From: Minisyncoccia bacterium
GTDB lineage: Bacteria; Patescibacteriota; Minisyncoccia; Phycocordibacterales; Phycocordibacteraceae
Direction of reading: 5' to 3'
Length of the DNA: 64,000 bases
NCBI GenBank assembly: GCA_038212075.1
Contig: JBBQUV010000002.1
Location: 7,343-71,342, forward strand
Shown here: piece by piece, positions 47,689 through 57,994 of the stretch
Position numbering within the stretch: position 1 is the first letter of the stretch
Layout: the number at the start of each line of letters is the position of its first letter
The notes under the pieces: model-generated
Database searches by the model: none
What the model saw: only the letters and a program-made list of their open reading frames with translations
What the model was told of the DNA's origin: nothing
Program-made: the position numbers and the translations under genes

Positions 47689-48840
47689 CTACCCGAGTGC
47701 CGCGATTCCGGGAAGCGTACCTTCTGCAAGAAAATCAAGCATGGCGCCACCACCGGTTGAAATAAAGGAAAAGCGATCATTTAACTGAAGTTTTTCTATT
47801 GCCGCCACTGTGTCACCGCCACCCACAATGGAGTAAGCGTTACTTCTTGCGATATGTGCGGCGAGCGCCTCAGTCGCATCTACAAAACCATGCTCGTACT
47901 GCCCCAAGGGACCGTTCCAAAGTATGGCATTTGCGCCTGCAATGTCGTTAGCCAGCATTGCGACTGTTTGGGGGCCTTCGTCCAGAATTGCTTCCCCATC
48001 TTGTACGTCGTCGACAGTGGCAACGCGTCCAGCGTCATGACTGCTTCCGGGTGGCGCAATAACATAATCGCTTGGTAGTACCAGCCGTGGATTTTTCAAA
48101 AGTTCTGCAAGACGTGCCGGATCGCCATGAGAGGTAAGCGATGAACCAACAGAATGCCCCTTTGCTTGCATAAAGTCATTTGCGAGTGCCCCACCCACAA
48201 ACACACGGTCGTACAATGCAAGTAATCGCGTCACCACGGGTTCTTTTGTAGAAAATTTTGCGCCGCAAATAAGAGCAAGTGAAGGCTTTTTTGGCGTGAG
48301 TGCTTTGGTGAGTTCACGTACTTCTTCTTCAAGTAACAGCCCCGCGTAGGACGGTAGGAGTTTTGGGACGCTCACCATAGAGGCGTGTTCGCGATGACAA
48401 TTATCAAAAGAATCTTGCACAAAGATATCAGCAAGTGCCGCGAGCTCTATCGCAAACGTCTTGTCATTTTTCATCTCACCTGGGTTACGCCGCAGATTTT
48501 CAAGCATCAATACCTCACCCGACGGAATTGCATGTACGGCATTTCGGGCTTCAGAACCCACGGATGTTTCGCAGAACGCAATGCGAGGAATAAATGTTTT
48601 CATTGCTTCCCACATGGGGCGGAGTGTTTCGGTGCCTACGCCGGACGTGTGGCTCTCTCCGGTAATATGACTTATTAACACAACGCGTGCGCTTTTTTTC
48701 CGAAGATACTCAATCGTCGCGAGTGATTTACGCAACCGAAATGTATCGGTCACTTTCCCGTTTTCAACCGGCACATTCAGTGATACGCGCGCAAGCACCG
48801 TAACGTTCTCAAGCGTCGGTATGTCGCGTACTGTTTTCAT
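47689..48840 (-). CDS. pgk: Phosphoglycerate kinase (divergent)
   Basis: LNVP, LENLR, WNGPLG, GGGDT, ISTGGGA. Confidence 0.9.
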   Translation of the reverse strand: MKTVRDIPTLENVTVLARVSLNVPVENGKVTDTFRLRKSLATIEYLRKKSARVVLISHITGESHTSGVGTETLRPMWEAMKTFIPRIAFCETSVGSEARNAVHAIPSGEVLMLENLRRNPGEMKNDKTFAIELAALADIFVQDSFDNCHREHASMVSVPKLLPSYAGLLLEEEVRELTKALTPKKPSLALICGAKFSTKEPVVTRLLALYDRVFVGGALANDFMQAKGHSVGSSLTSHGDPARLAELLKNPRLVLPSDYVIAPPGSSHDAGRVATVDDVQDGEAILDEGPQTVAMLANDIAGANAILWNGPLGQYEHGFVDATEALAAHIARSNAYSIVGGGDTVAAIEKLQLNDRFSFISTGGGAMLDFLAEGTLPGIAALG

Positions 48841-48843
48841 GTT

Positions 48844-49587
48844 CTACGAAACTGTTTTAACGAGTGCAGAGTACATCGCCGGGTCAACCGAGGCATGGCC
48901 AACTAAAAACCCGTCCACACCGCTTCCTGCCGCAAGCTCGCGTGCATTTTCTGGTTCTGCTGAACCGCCATAGAGCACGCGTATTTTTGCGGGTGCTTTC
49001 CCCGGCAAATACTCACCGAGTACTTTGCGAATGTACAAAATCATTTCAGCAAGTTCGTGGGCAGGAAGTGCATCCGCGGCGCTCTTCCCTATCGCCCATA
49101 TTGGTTCGTATGCAATTACCACCGCCATGCGTTCTTTCTGTGAGAGTGGCGCAAACGCACTTGCAATTTGTGCACGTACAAATGAAAGATATTCCGCGTT
49201 AGTGTCACGGGTATGTTCACCAACACACAAAATAGGCGCAAGGCCGTGCGCGAGCGCGTGGCGCATTTTTTCCGCAATTACTGCATCCGATTCCCCCATC
49301 GCTCGACGTTCAGAGTGCCCGATAATCACATAGGAAATTTCAAGCGCGGCGAGCGTCTGCGCAGTCATTTCTCCTGTTTTTGCACCGCCGGTCGTTGCCG
49401 ATACGTCTTGTGCGGCAAACTGTACTCGCGATTTGTTTTTTGCGGCTAGAAGTGCAAGATACGGTGCGGCAGGAGCGAGCACGAGTTCGTGTTTTTTTTC
49501 TTTGGAAAGACGTTTTGCAAGCGCAACAAGCTTTTTCGCTTTCGCACTATCCTCAACATACGCTTTCCAATTGGAAACAATGAGCAT
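48844..49587 (-). CDS. tpiA: Triosephosphate isomerase
   Basis: NWK, GHSERR, AYEPIWAIG, LYGGS. Confidence 0.95.
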   Translation of the reverse strand: MLIVSNWKAYVEDSAKAKKLVALAKRLSKEKKHELVLAPAAPYLALLAAKNKSRVQFAAQDVSATTGGAKTGEMTAQTLAALEISYVIIGHSERRAMGESDAVIAEKMRHALAHGLAPILCVGEHTRDTNAEYLSFVRAQIASAFAPLSQKERMAVVIAYEPIWAIGKSAADALPAHELAEMILYIRKVLGEYLPGKAPAKIRVLYGGSAEPENARELAAGSGVDGFLVGHASVDPAMYSALVKTVS

Positions 49588-49612
49588 GTCCCTATTTTAC
49601 CACCCATAAGTA

Positions 49613-51022
49613 CTATTTTTGGTGCCAGTCCATAAGCTCGTAATCGCTTGCAACAGCAGGAGTAAAAGCAGGCGGATTGCTTGCCATGTTGCGATCAAAG
49701 GAATCTATACGGGTTTGGTATCCCCCATCACTTCCCCCACACCCGTTTATCCATCTGGTACCAGTGCGTTTATTTGAAACGGTTGTGCCAAGAATAGTGA
49801 GCGTTCCTCGCGGTTCGTAGGTTCCAGGACAAGAATAGAGGTTTCGACCAAAAGCACCGCTTTGCGCGATGAAAATACCGTCCAAGGTCGTATTATTTGG
49901 GGCGTTCGGTCCGACAAGTACATCATCTTGTGTGATAAGTGTAAGGCCGGCAGTACCGTCATACGCACTGTAAACAATGTTGTTTGGGATAATAGTGTCC
50001 GCGGAACCGCTTGCGCTGGTTACGTCCGCAACTACAACAGTTATTTTTTTGGTGATAGTGCCTTCAATCCACGCACGGTTTTGAACGAAAATAAGACCGC
50101 AATTAGATGGAAGCGCATACGTTCCCACTAAGGACTCGGTCTTGATTATAGAATTATCGGTTCCACCTCCCGCAGTTCCGTCTACAAAGGCAACCACCGT
50201 CGGTGCAGTAATTTTTGTAACGTGCTTTACCGTCACCGTACCGTCTGCGTTGAAGATGAGATGGTATCCGCCTTGCGTGTTTGAGGGGTTTCCATCGCCC
50301 CAATACTTTCCGCTTGCTTGGGCAGTTGTCTTTAGATTCGTAAAGTCTGCAGATATCGCACTAAAGTCTACTTGCGGTGTCGGGAAATCCCATAGGTTGG
50401 CGTTACTCCCTGTGCCAAACACGCCGTTTTTTGTCGCTGTCGGGGAACAGCCGAATGACGATGTGCATGACCACGTTGCAAGCGAGCTTGAAACCGGTGA
50501 ATTAGCAGTGCCGTCCATACGCACTCCGCCGTTTGAATGATACGGTCCTTGAATTACACGATCTGCGCCTGCCCAGACGCTGTCATTTAATATATAGGAA
50601 TAGGTTCCGACCGAAGGGCGTGCATAGCGTGCGTAAACTGTTTTTGATGCGAGTGAGTTATCTGACGGCGTGCCCACTGACGTAATGTCTATGGACGTGG
50701 TTTGACCACATGAAGTATTGCCGGCCACCGTAAGCGAAATGGTTCCGGCGGTGCCACCCTCTGGATCGGCATAAGGAAGTGAATAGGGTCCCGCGTGCCC
50801 AGTACCGTTTGTGGTATCGCCCGGATAGTGTCCGAGAAACCACTTGTAGTACTCAATACCTGCCTCAGCGATGGTAAAGCCTTCACTTTGTGCATATTTC
50901 ACTGCCTGCAGACGATTCTGAATCAGTACATAGCTACAGAGTGCGCCGATAAGGCCAACAAAGATGGCACCAAACACAAGAGCGAGCAACATAATAAATC
51001 CTTTGCGGGGGTGACGCTTCAT
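49613..51022 (-). CDS. PilX-like minor pilin
   Basis: RKG|FIMLLAL prepilin without E5; AEAGIE. Confidence 0.75.
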   Translation of the reverse strand: MKRHPRKGFIMLLALVFGAIFVGLIGALCSYVLIQNRLQAVKYAQSEGFTIAEAGIEYYKWFLGHYPGDTTNGTGHAGPYSLPYADPEGGTAGTISLTVAGNTSCGQTTSIDITSVGTPSDNSLASKTVYARYARPSVGTYSYILNDSVWAGADRVIQGPYHSNGGVRMDGTANSPVSSSLATWSCTSSFGCSPTATKNGVFGTGSNANLWDFPTPQVDFSAISADFTNLKTTAQASGKYWGDGNPSNTQGGYHLIFNADGTVTVKHVTKITAPTVVAFVDGTAGGGTDNSIIKTESLVGTYALPSNCGLIFVQNRAWIEGTITKKITVVVADVTSASGSADTIIPNNIVYSAYDGTAGLTLITQDDVLVGPNAPNNTTLDGIFIAQSGAFGRNLYSCPGTYEPRGTLTILGTTVSNKRTGTRWINGCGGSDGGYQTRIDSFDRNMASNPPAFTPAVASDYELMDWHQK

Positions 51023-51023
51023 A

Positions 51024-51629
51024 CTAGTTGGTGCGCAGATTGCGGAGTGTTGCGGTGCCAATAAGGGTGAACGTGAGAGGTGCACGACGAGTGTCTACGT
51101 CTACACCAATCACCACAGACACGGACGCTATTTTGCTTATGTCTACAGGGACTGGCAATTCTGTCCCGGTGTTGTCGTAGTAATGGAAGAGTGGTGTTGA
51201 AGTGCCGTTTTGCACATACGATGCAATTGTAGTGAGTACTTCGGTTTGCCCGCCGTAGCTTGGTGGGTTGCCTCCCGGGTTTGTGACACCGCGTGTCAGG
51301 GTTGTTGAGGCAAGATAGTAATGAATTTGTTCCACTACTCCGTCATTGTCGACATCAGCATAAAACGTAATAGTGGACGTTGCGGCAGTATGTATAGGAT
51401 ACGAGCCGTCGGCGCCATACGTTGATTCGCGCAAGTTTTCAAGCGCAAATTCAACACCGCGTCGCGCGTTGTCGGTCGCAGTGGATTGTTGGAAGATAAA
51501 CGTGTTTGATTTGTACACAAACGTAATCATACTGGTGAGTGCAATGCTCACAACAGCAACAAGAGAGATGACAACCATCATCTCAACGAGCGTCATGCCT
51601 TTTTTGGATTTAGTTGAGTACTGTTGCAT
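51024..51629 (-). CDS. Prepilin (PilW/PulJ-like)
   Basis: KKG|MTLVEMMVV type III signal. Confidence 0.85.
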   Translation of the reverse strand: MQQYSTKSKKGMTLVEMMVVISLVAVVSIALTSMITFVYKSNTFIFQQSTATDNARRGVEFALENLRESTYGADGSYPIHTAATSTITFYADVDNDGVVEQIHYYLASTTLTRGVTNPGGNPPSYGGQTEVLTTIASYVQNGTSTPLFHYYDNTGTELPVPVDISKIASVSVVIGVDVDTRRAPLTFTLIGTATLRNLRTN

Positions 51630-53331
51630 AGGTAGTGAATCCGGACACTGATACACCACTATACGAAGCGGTGAGTGCTCCAGATGTGGCAGAAATGGTA
51701 TATGCCGCACTTGCGGTGAGACTTCCGAAATACGCATTTCCACAACTCGTTGTTGTTACGGTTTGTGAAAATCCGGTACGAGACAGGGTGACCGAAGCTC
51801 CTGCAAGTGGTTGACCCGCGGCATTTTTTGCGGAAACGAGTAATGCGTTCGTGCTTGAAGGCCCTAGAATAAGCCGGTTGTCGTTACTCGAGCCGGCAAG
51901 GATGTTGTACGGCGCCGTTCCGCACGCATCGGTAATATCGTATCCGGAAACAGACACCGCATAACTATCCCACTCAAGCGTTTGTGTTGTTGACGCCGCC
52001 GCACCCGTTGTGGAATTAACGGTGGTTTTATAGATAGGGGCGCCCGCACCGGTAGAACCGATAGTTTTCGCGCCTTGGAGAGTGAACGAAACATTCGCAA
52101 GGGGGAGAGGGCCATGGGTATAAGCAATCCCCCAGTCGAGCACCGAGGGTGCTGATACCGCCGCCGCGGTTACTTCCGCCTTAAGAGCAAGCGCCGGATA
52201 GGTTGACGTAGAAATTCCTGAAAGATCTACAGGGAATGAGCTAAAGCCAGTACTGTTACCAGAAAGTGCAGAATCAGGAATGAGTGTTCCATTCCCGTCA
52301 GTAATATGAACCACGGCACTTGTGCCGGCAGGTGTTGATAGTGTTGAAGACGCATTCACCCACGTCGCAATATAAGAAGGTGCAACCGCAGTGGAGCGCC
52401 CGCTCCCAGGAGAAAGAAAACCACCAGCCCCATCTGAAGTATTGGTCAGCGCACCGCCCGACACGTTCGTATTAATTAGCGCAGTAGTGTTTGATGCGTC
52501 GGTGAAGGTATCCGTAAATGCATTGGACGCAATAGGAGAAAACGTGCGAAGGATAAGTGTGGCGAGCGCGTCTATGGCAAAGGTAGATGACGTGGTTACA
52601 TTTTGTACCACCGTGAGGTGTCCGGGGCTTGGATTTTGGTTGTTTGAATCGCGGTCGTAGGTTTGTGCAGTGGAATATCCGGACTTAGTCACACTTACGT
52701 GGTAATTCGTCGATGTCGCCGCTCCCGGTAAATACACCGTTCCTAAAGCATCTGAAAAAGTCGTGAGGTTTACACTCGGTGTTGTACTTGGATTGGTGAA
52801 CGTAACTGATGCACCTGCTACCGCCGCACCAACTGCGTTCACAATAATCGCCTTGAGTGTTCCCCCACCAGTAGTGGTTTCAATAGAAGGGGGCGTAATG
52901 TTTGAAATGATAGAAAACTGATGCGTCATGTTGTGCGCCGTAAACCCCACACTCACCTTTGCCCGTTTGTAGTCGGTGGTAATGCCGTTTGAGTCTGCTC
53001 CCCCTGTTCCGTCTGCGGGGTCGTCGTAGTAATCAATAAAAGTACGCATGGTGTAATTTATGGAGTCTTCAGTTGTCGTTGCGTTTTGTACGATGGTGCC
53101 GGCAGGAATACCACCCAGCGTACCGACTGAGTCATAGGGAAGCGAACGAATATACTCCATCTGGCTATTTGCTATTGCGGTTGCCGCCGCCGTTTCGGTG
53201 GCGAGAGTAGAAATTTGTTCCGAAGCACGCAGGAGTCCAAAAATGGCGGTAAATATCGTGGCGGCAATAGCTGAACCGACGAGTACGTCGATGAGAGTCA
53301 TACCGCGCATCGTCGGCGCCGGAAGGTGCAT
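51610..53331 (-). CDS. Large prepilin with carboxypeptidase-regulatory-like domains
   Basis: RG|MTLIDVLV; GAAVAGASVT and GQPLAGASVT repeats; T/S-rich. Confidence 0.8.
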   Translation of the reverse strand: MHLPAPTMRGMTLIDVLVGSAIAATIFTAIFGLLRASEQISTLATETAAATAIANSQMEYIRSLPYDSVGTLGGIPAGTIVQNATTTEDSINYTMRTFIDYYDDPADGTGGADSNGITTDYKRAKVSVGFTAHNMTHQFSIISNITPPSIETTTGGGTLKAIIVNAVGAAVAGASVTFTNPSTTPSVNLTTFSDALGTVYLPGAATSTNYHVSVTKSGYSTAQTYDRDSNNQNPSPGHLTVVQNVTTSSTFAIDALATLILRTFSPIASNAFTDTFTDASNTTALINTNVSGGALTNTSDGAGGFLSPGSGRSTAVAPSYIATWVNASSTLSTPAGTSAVVHITDGNGTLIPDSALSGNSTGFSSFPVDLSGISTSTYPALALKAEVTAAAVSAPSVLDWGIAYTHGPLPLANVSFTLQGAKTIGSTGAGAPIYKTTVNSTTGAAASTTQTLEWDSYAVSVSGYDITDACGTAPYNILAGSSNDNRLILGPSSTNALLVSAKNAAGQPLAGASVTLSRTGFSQTVTTTSCGNAYFGSLTASAAYTISATSGALTASYSGVSVSGFTTYATVLN

Positions 53332-53380
53332 ACCAAAATAATAACGCACGTGCGCCAAGAATGTATCGCGAGCCGTGCGT

Positions 53381-54595
53381 CTAACCGATTTTACTTGTGA
53401 GTGAATAGATAGGACCAATCATAGAAATCGCAAAGACACCGACAGCAAGACCGATGATGAGCATCAATACCGGTTCAATGATAGTAGAAAGGTCCTTTGT
53501 TCGATCTTCCACATCGTTTTCATAGTATTCCGCAACCTGCCCGAGCATTTCTGCAACCTTTCCTGTTTCTTCACCCACAGCAATCATATCGGAAAACAAA
53601 ATTGGATAGAGTTTTGGCTTCTCGGCAAACGCGGCAGACAAAGGATCACCCTTCCTGACACGATTTTCTGCGTCGGAAATAACGGCTGCAAAGGTGCCGT
53701 TACCCACCACTTCCCCAGCAATGCTGAGCGTAGTGAGCATTTCAACACCCGAAGAAAGAAGCGACGCCATGGTGCGTGCGGCACGCGCGCTATACGTTTC
53801 TTTCATAAGCGCTCCAATGACCGGCAAATGGAGAGCGATCTTCATAAAAATAAGGTTACCGGTGTTGGAACGAACGGCTGAGTAGACGGCACCCACAAAT
53901 GCAAGAAGGCCGATGATAACAATAAGTATGTTATTCACCATAAAGTTCGACATCCCAAGAATGATGCGTGTAGAAAGTGGAAGCTGTACGCCAAGCGCCG
54001 TAAATGTGCTTGCGAGTGTCGGCACTACGTAAATAAGCATTAATATGCCGATGACCACAATGGCAAACAGAATGATTGCGGGATAAATCATGGCACCACG
54101 TACTTTTTTAGTGAGGGCACTTGAGCGTTCCATTTGTTTTGCCACTACCTTGAGTGCGTCAGCAAGTGTTCCGGACTCTTCGCCAGATTTTGTCATTGCG
54201 ATAAACAGCTTTGAAAATACTTTTTTGTGTGCCGCAAGCGCTTCGTGGAAAGATGCTCCGCCTTTAATTTTGTTTCCAAGATCAATAACGATATTTTTCA
54301 ACACTTTGTTTCCTGATTGTCGTTCAGTTACCGAAAGTGCACGAGAGAGGGTGAGGCCCGCTGAAAGCATCGCCGAGAGATTTTTGGTGAACGTAATCAT
54401 CTCGTCGAGTTTTACGCCGGTGCCAATAGTAATGTTGGCGAGCTTTCCAAGAGAAAACGTTGACTGCTCTTCAATTGCCGATACTGTCTCCCCTCCTTTT
54501 TCTGCCTCGGCATATACCGCAAACCGCGATGGTGCATCCACAACACGCTTTTCTTCACTACCGTCTTCTTTTCTGAAGGTAACGCGAAAGTGCAT
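53381..54595 (-). CDS. pilC: PilC/GspF platform protein
   Basis: GEESGTL, AMIYP, GEETGKV, IIEPVL. Confidence 0.93.
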   Translation of the reverse strand: MHFRVTFRKEDGSEEKRVVDAPSRFAVYAEAEKGGETVSAIEEQSTFSLGKLANITIGTGVKLDEMITFTKNLSAMLSAGLTLSRALSVTERQSGNKVLKNIVIDLGNKIKGGASFHEALAAHKKVFSKLFIAMTKSGEESGTLADALKVVAKQMERSSALTKKVRGAMIYPAIILFAIVVIGILMLIYVVPTLASTFTALGVQLPLSTRIILGMSNFMVNNILIVIIGLLAFVGAVYSAVRSNTGNLIFMKIALHLPVIGALMKETYSARAARTMASLLSSGVEMLTTLSIAGEVVGNGTFAAVISDAENRVRKGDPLSAAFAEKPKLYPILFSDMIAVGEETGKVAEMLGQVAEYYENDVEDRTKDLSTIIEPVLMLIIGLAVGVFAISMIGPIYSLTSKIG

Positions 54596-54597
54596 AC

Positions 54598-56349
54598 TTA
54601 TTCAGTTACTGCGCGAAGCACTTCCTCAATGGAGGTTGTGCCGCGTGCCGCTTTGTACAGCCCATCTTCAAGCATGGTGAGCATCCCCTCCTTTCGTGCT
54701 TGTGCTTCGACCGCTTCACTCGACGCTCCCTTCAAAATGAGATCGCGAATGGTTGAAGTGACCTTTAACACTTCGTGGATACCAAGACGACCAGAGTACC
54801 CTTCTTCGCATTCTGGTGATGGTTTTGGACGATAAAACGGAATAGCATCAATTTTTGTGCTTGCTTTAGCAAGTTTTTCGTCCACAAGTGCTTTCATTAC
54901 TGAATCAAAGCGGTCAGCAGATGCAATTTTATCCCGCGCGGCTTTAGTGAGTTCATATTTCTCTTTTTCATTGCAAAGCACGCGTACCAAACGCTGACCC
55001 ACAATTACTTTCAAGGTGGAAACAAGCAGAAACGGCTCCACGCCCATATCAATAAGACGCGGAATGGCACCGGCGGCGCTGTTGGTGTGAATAGTAGAAA
55101 GCACCAAGTGGCCGGTGAGTGCGGCGTTGATGGCAAGCGCCGCCGTTTCGCCGTCACGAATCTCTCCCACCATCACCACGTTCGGGTCTTGGCGCAAAAG
55201 TGAACGCAATCCGTTTGCAAACGTAAATCCAATTGCCGGGTTCACTTGTGTTTGGTTCACTCGTTTCATTTGGTATTCGATCGGATCTTCTACAGTTGAA
55301 ATGTTTACATCTGGCGTATTCAAAATATCGAGCACGGTGTACAGGGTGGTTGTTTTTCCGGAACCGGTTGGTCCGGAAATCAAAATCAGTCCCGTCGTTT
55401 GTTTGGTTGCTTCATGGATACGCTCTGCAGATTCGCCGTGAAGCCCAAGAGCATCAAGCGTGAATCCTTCTCCTGTCTCGCGCAACAAACGCATCACGAT
55501 TTTTTCTCCGTAATAGGTTGGCAGAAGCGAAACACGGAATGACACCTTGTCACTTTCCGTTTCCATTTTGAAACGACCGTCTTGCGGCAACCGTTTTTCA
55601 TCCAGTTTCAAATTGGCGAGCACTTTGATGCGCGCAACAATACCGCCCGCCGCCGCCCGCGGCAGAGTCATTGCGTCATGGAGAATGCCGTCAATGCGGT
55701 AGCGCACGAGCACTTGGTCTTCTAGAGCTTCAATATGAATATCGGACGCTTTTTGTATGATGGCGTGGCGCAGAAGGGTGTCCACAATGCGAACAATCGG
55801 CAAATCTTCCGCCATTTTCTTAAGTTCCTCCCCTGTCACTTCTTTGTCGCCCGACTCTTTCACCACCGTGAGTTTACCGGCTTCAGTGGTGATAAGGTCG
55901 CCAAACTCTTCTTTCAGTGATTTTTGGTATTGAATGAGTCCGTCTTTAACAGAATCTTCGTCAGTAAGGCGGGGGAGAATTTTCAATCCCGTTTTTTTGC
56001 GTACTGAATCGATAGCGGGTAAATCTTCCGTATCAAGCATGGCAACCTCAACCTCCGTCTCGGTTTTTTTATACGCAATAATGGAGTGGACGCGCGCAAT
56101 CGGTTCCGGAATGAGCGATAGTACGTCAAACGGAATTTTTTTATCTTTCAGGTTTACGTACGGAATACCAAGCACATAGGCTTTAATACGCCGCAAGGCA
56201 TCGGTTGAAAGCGCACCTGAAGATACGAGAATGTCGCCCACCGATTGTTTTCGGGTTTTGGCAACGTCGACCGCCGCGTCAACGTCTTTACGTGACACGA
56301 GTCCGGAATCAAGGATGAATTCCTTCAGTTCTGATTCTGAAACCTTCAT
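54598..56349 (-). CDS. pilB: PilB/GspE extension ATPase
   Basis: ASDIHIE, RLPQDGRF, GPTGSGKTTT, EDPIEY, LRQDPNVVMVGEIRD; operonic with pilC. Confidence 0.93.
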   Translation of the reverse strand: MKVSESELKEFILDSGLVSRKDVDAAVDVAKTRKQSVGDILVSSGALSTDALRRIKAYVLGIPYVNLKDKKIPFDVLSLIPEPIARVHSIIAYKKTETEVEVAMLDTEDLPAIDSVRKKTGLKILPRLTDEDSVKDGLIQYQKSLKEEFGDLITTEAGKLTVVKESGDKEVTGEELKKMAEDLPIVRIVDTLLRHAIIQKASDIHIEALEDQVLVRYRIDGILHDAMTLPRAAAGGIVARIKVLANLKLDEKRLPQDGRFKMETESDKVSFRVSLLPTYYGEKIVMRLLRETGEGFTLDALGLHGESAERIHEATKQTTGLILISGPTGSGKTTTLYTVLDILNTPDVNISTVEDPIEYQMKRVNQTQVNPAIGFTFANGLRSLLRQDPNVVMVGEIRDGETAALAINAALTGHLVLSTIHTNSAAGAIPRLIDMGVEPFLLVSTLKVIVGQRLVRVLCNEKEKYELTKAARDKIASADRFDSVMKALVDEKLAKASTKIDAIPFYRPKPSPECEEGYSGRLGIHEVLKVTSTIRDLILKGASSEAVEAQARKEGMLTMLEDGLYKAARGTTSIEEVLRAVTE

Positions 56350-56426
56350 GACTAATCAAAGTATAGCGTGTCCCTGCAGTACTCTGACGTATTTCTCGTG
56401 AAAACAGGGGAAAGAAACAAGCGGTC

Positions 56427-56455
56427 TTGACGCAAAACGCCGAAAACGGTATCAT
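56427..56455 (+). promoter_or_regulatory. nusA promoter
   Basis: TTGACG-17-TATCAT followed by a ~100-nt leader with a hairpin. Confidence 0.7.
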
Positions 56456-56560
56456 TCTTGTACCTGAAATGTCCGCGCCGCGGGCATTTTATTTTAGGGA
56501 AGTGGGCGGCGGCGTGTGTGCACCAATTTAATATGTGCGAACAACTAAATATATAGAGGT

Positions 56561-57982
56561 ATGTTGGATCTCAAAACAATTAACTCAGTGCTCGGAGAGT
56601 TCCAGGATCGTGGAATCACCAAGGAAGTAATGGTGGATGCTATCGAATCTGCGATGGCAACCGCGTATAAGAAGGAATACGGTAAACGCGGACAAGTTAT
56701 CCGTGCAAAACTCGACATGGATACGGGCACGGTTTCCTTTGAACAGGTAAAGACAGTGATTGATGAAACGCTCGTTCGTTTTCCTGAAGAAGGAGAAGAA
56801 TTTATCCCAGAGCCAGAGCATTCGCACCGTCATGACACCGAAACACCTCTTGCTGAAGGGGAACTTCCACGTTTTGACGAAGAAAAACACATGCTTCTTA
56901 AGAACGCGCGCATGATTAAACGCGGCGCGGCGTTGGGTGAAGAAATCGTCTTCCCACTTGAGCCTCAGGAGGATTTTGGCCGTATTGCCGCACAAACCGC
57001 TAAGCAGGTGGTTATTCAGAAAATTCGTGAAGCGGAAAAGCTTTCGATTTTGGAAGAATTCGGTCACAAGAAAGGCGAAATTGTCTCCGGTCTTGTTCAG
57101 CGTATGGAACGCGGTGCCCTTTTCATCGATCTTGGTCGTGCAACAGGCATCATTCCGTACGAAGAACAGATCCCGGGTGAGCGCTATCGCCCCGGCGAAC
57201 GTATTCGCGCCTACCTCTATGCGGTAGATGAAGGGTTCCGTGGTGTGTATCTCCGTCTGTCCCGTTCGCACCCACGTTTCCTCATCCAGCTTTTTGAAAT
57301 GGAAGTGCCAGAGCTTGCTTCAGGTGCTATTGAAGTGAAAGGCGTTGCTCGTGAACCCGGTAGTCGTACCAAAATTGCAGTCGCATCGGTTGACTCTCAC
57401 GTAGATCCTGTCGGCTCGCTCGTTGGTCAGCGTGGCGTTCGTGTTTCAACCGTCATGGCGTCACTCGGTGGCGAACGCATCGACATCATTGAATGGTCGG
57501 AAGACGTTAAATCCTTTATCAAGGAAGCACTCTCCCCTGCTACCGTGCTTGATATCGAGCTGGACGAAGAGAATCACCGCGCAAAAGTATCGGTTTCTGA
57601 CGACCAGCAATCGCTCGCGATTGGCCGTGGTGGACAGAATGTGCGCCTCGCCGCAAAACTTACCGGCTGGAATATCGATATCGCTTCAACCGGCGGCACC
57701 GACGTCGCCGAGTCCGATGGTGAACAGATTAAAATTGCTGGTAGCGAAGAGCGCGTTAAGGCAGGAGCGGAGAGTATTAAGGAAGCAGAGAAGGAAATTG
57801 AATCCGCAGAAGAAGCGGTTGAAGATACTGCCGCAATCATCCCAACAGAAAGTGAAGAAATTATCACCGAAGATACGGTAGAGAAAAATACCCTTCCTGC
57901 AGAAGAAGAGCTCACGGCAAATGAAGACAATTCAATTGTGGATACACAGGAATCTCGCGACAAAGTCGCGGATGACGAGTAA
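56561..57982 (+). CDS. nusA: Transcription termination factor NusA with acidic C-tail
   Basis: FGRIAAQTAKQV, AREPGSRTK, VGQRGVRV, SLAIGRGGQNVRLAAKLTGW. Confidence 0.97.
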   Translation: MLDLKTINSVLGEFQDRGITKEVMVDAIESAMATAYKKEYGKRGQVIRAKLDMDTGTVSFEQVKTVIDETLVRFPEEGEEFIPEPEHSHRHDTETPLAEGELPRFDEEKHMLLKNARMIKRGAALGEEIVFPLEPQEDFGRIAAQTAKQVVIQKIREAEKLSILEEFGHKKGEIVSGLVQRMERGALFIDLGRATGIIPYEEQIPGERYRPGERIRAYLYAVDEGFRGVYLRLSRSHPRFLIQLFEMEVPELASGAIEVKGVAREPGSRTKIAVASVDSHVDPVGSLVGQRGVRVSTVMASLGGERIDIIEWSEDVKSFIKEALSPATVLDIELDEENHRAKVSVSDDQQSLAIGRGGQNVRLAAKLTGWNIDIASTGGTDVAESDGEQIKIAGSEERVKAGAESIKEAEKEIESAEEAVEDTAAIIPTESEEIITEDTVEKNTLPAEEELTANEDNSIVDTQESRDKVADDE

Positions 57983-57994
57983 CATTGAACATAT

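Noticed and set aside
56585-57271. Long antisense ORFs over nusA (likewise over polA, sod, pilC)
   Set aside because: Codon-bias shadows of well-supported genes, with no motifs
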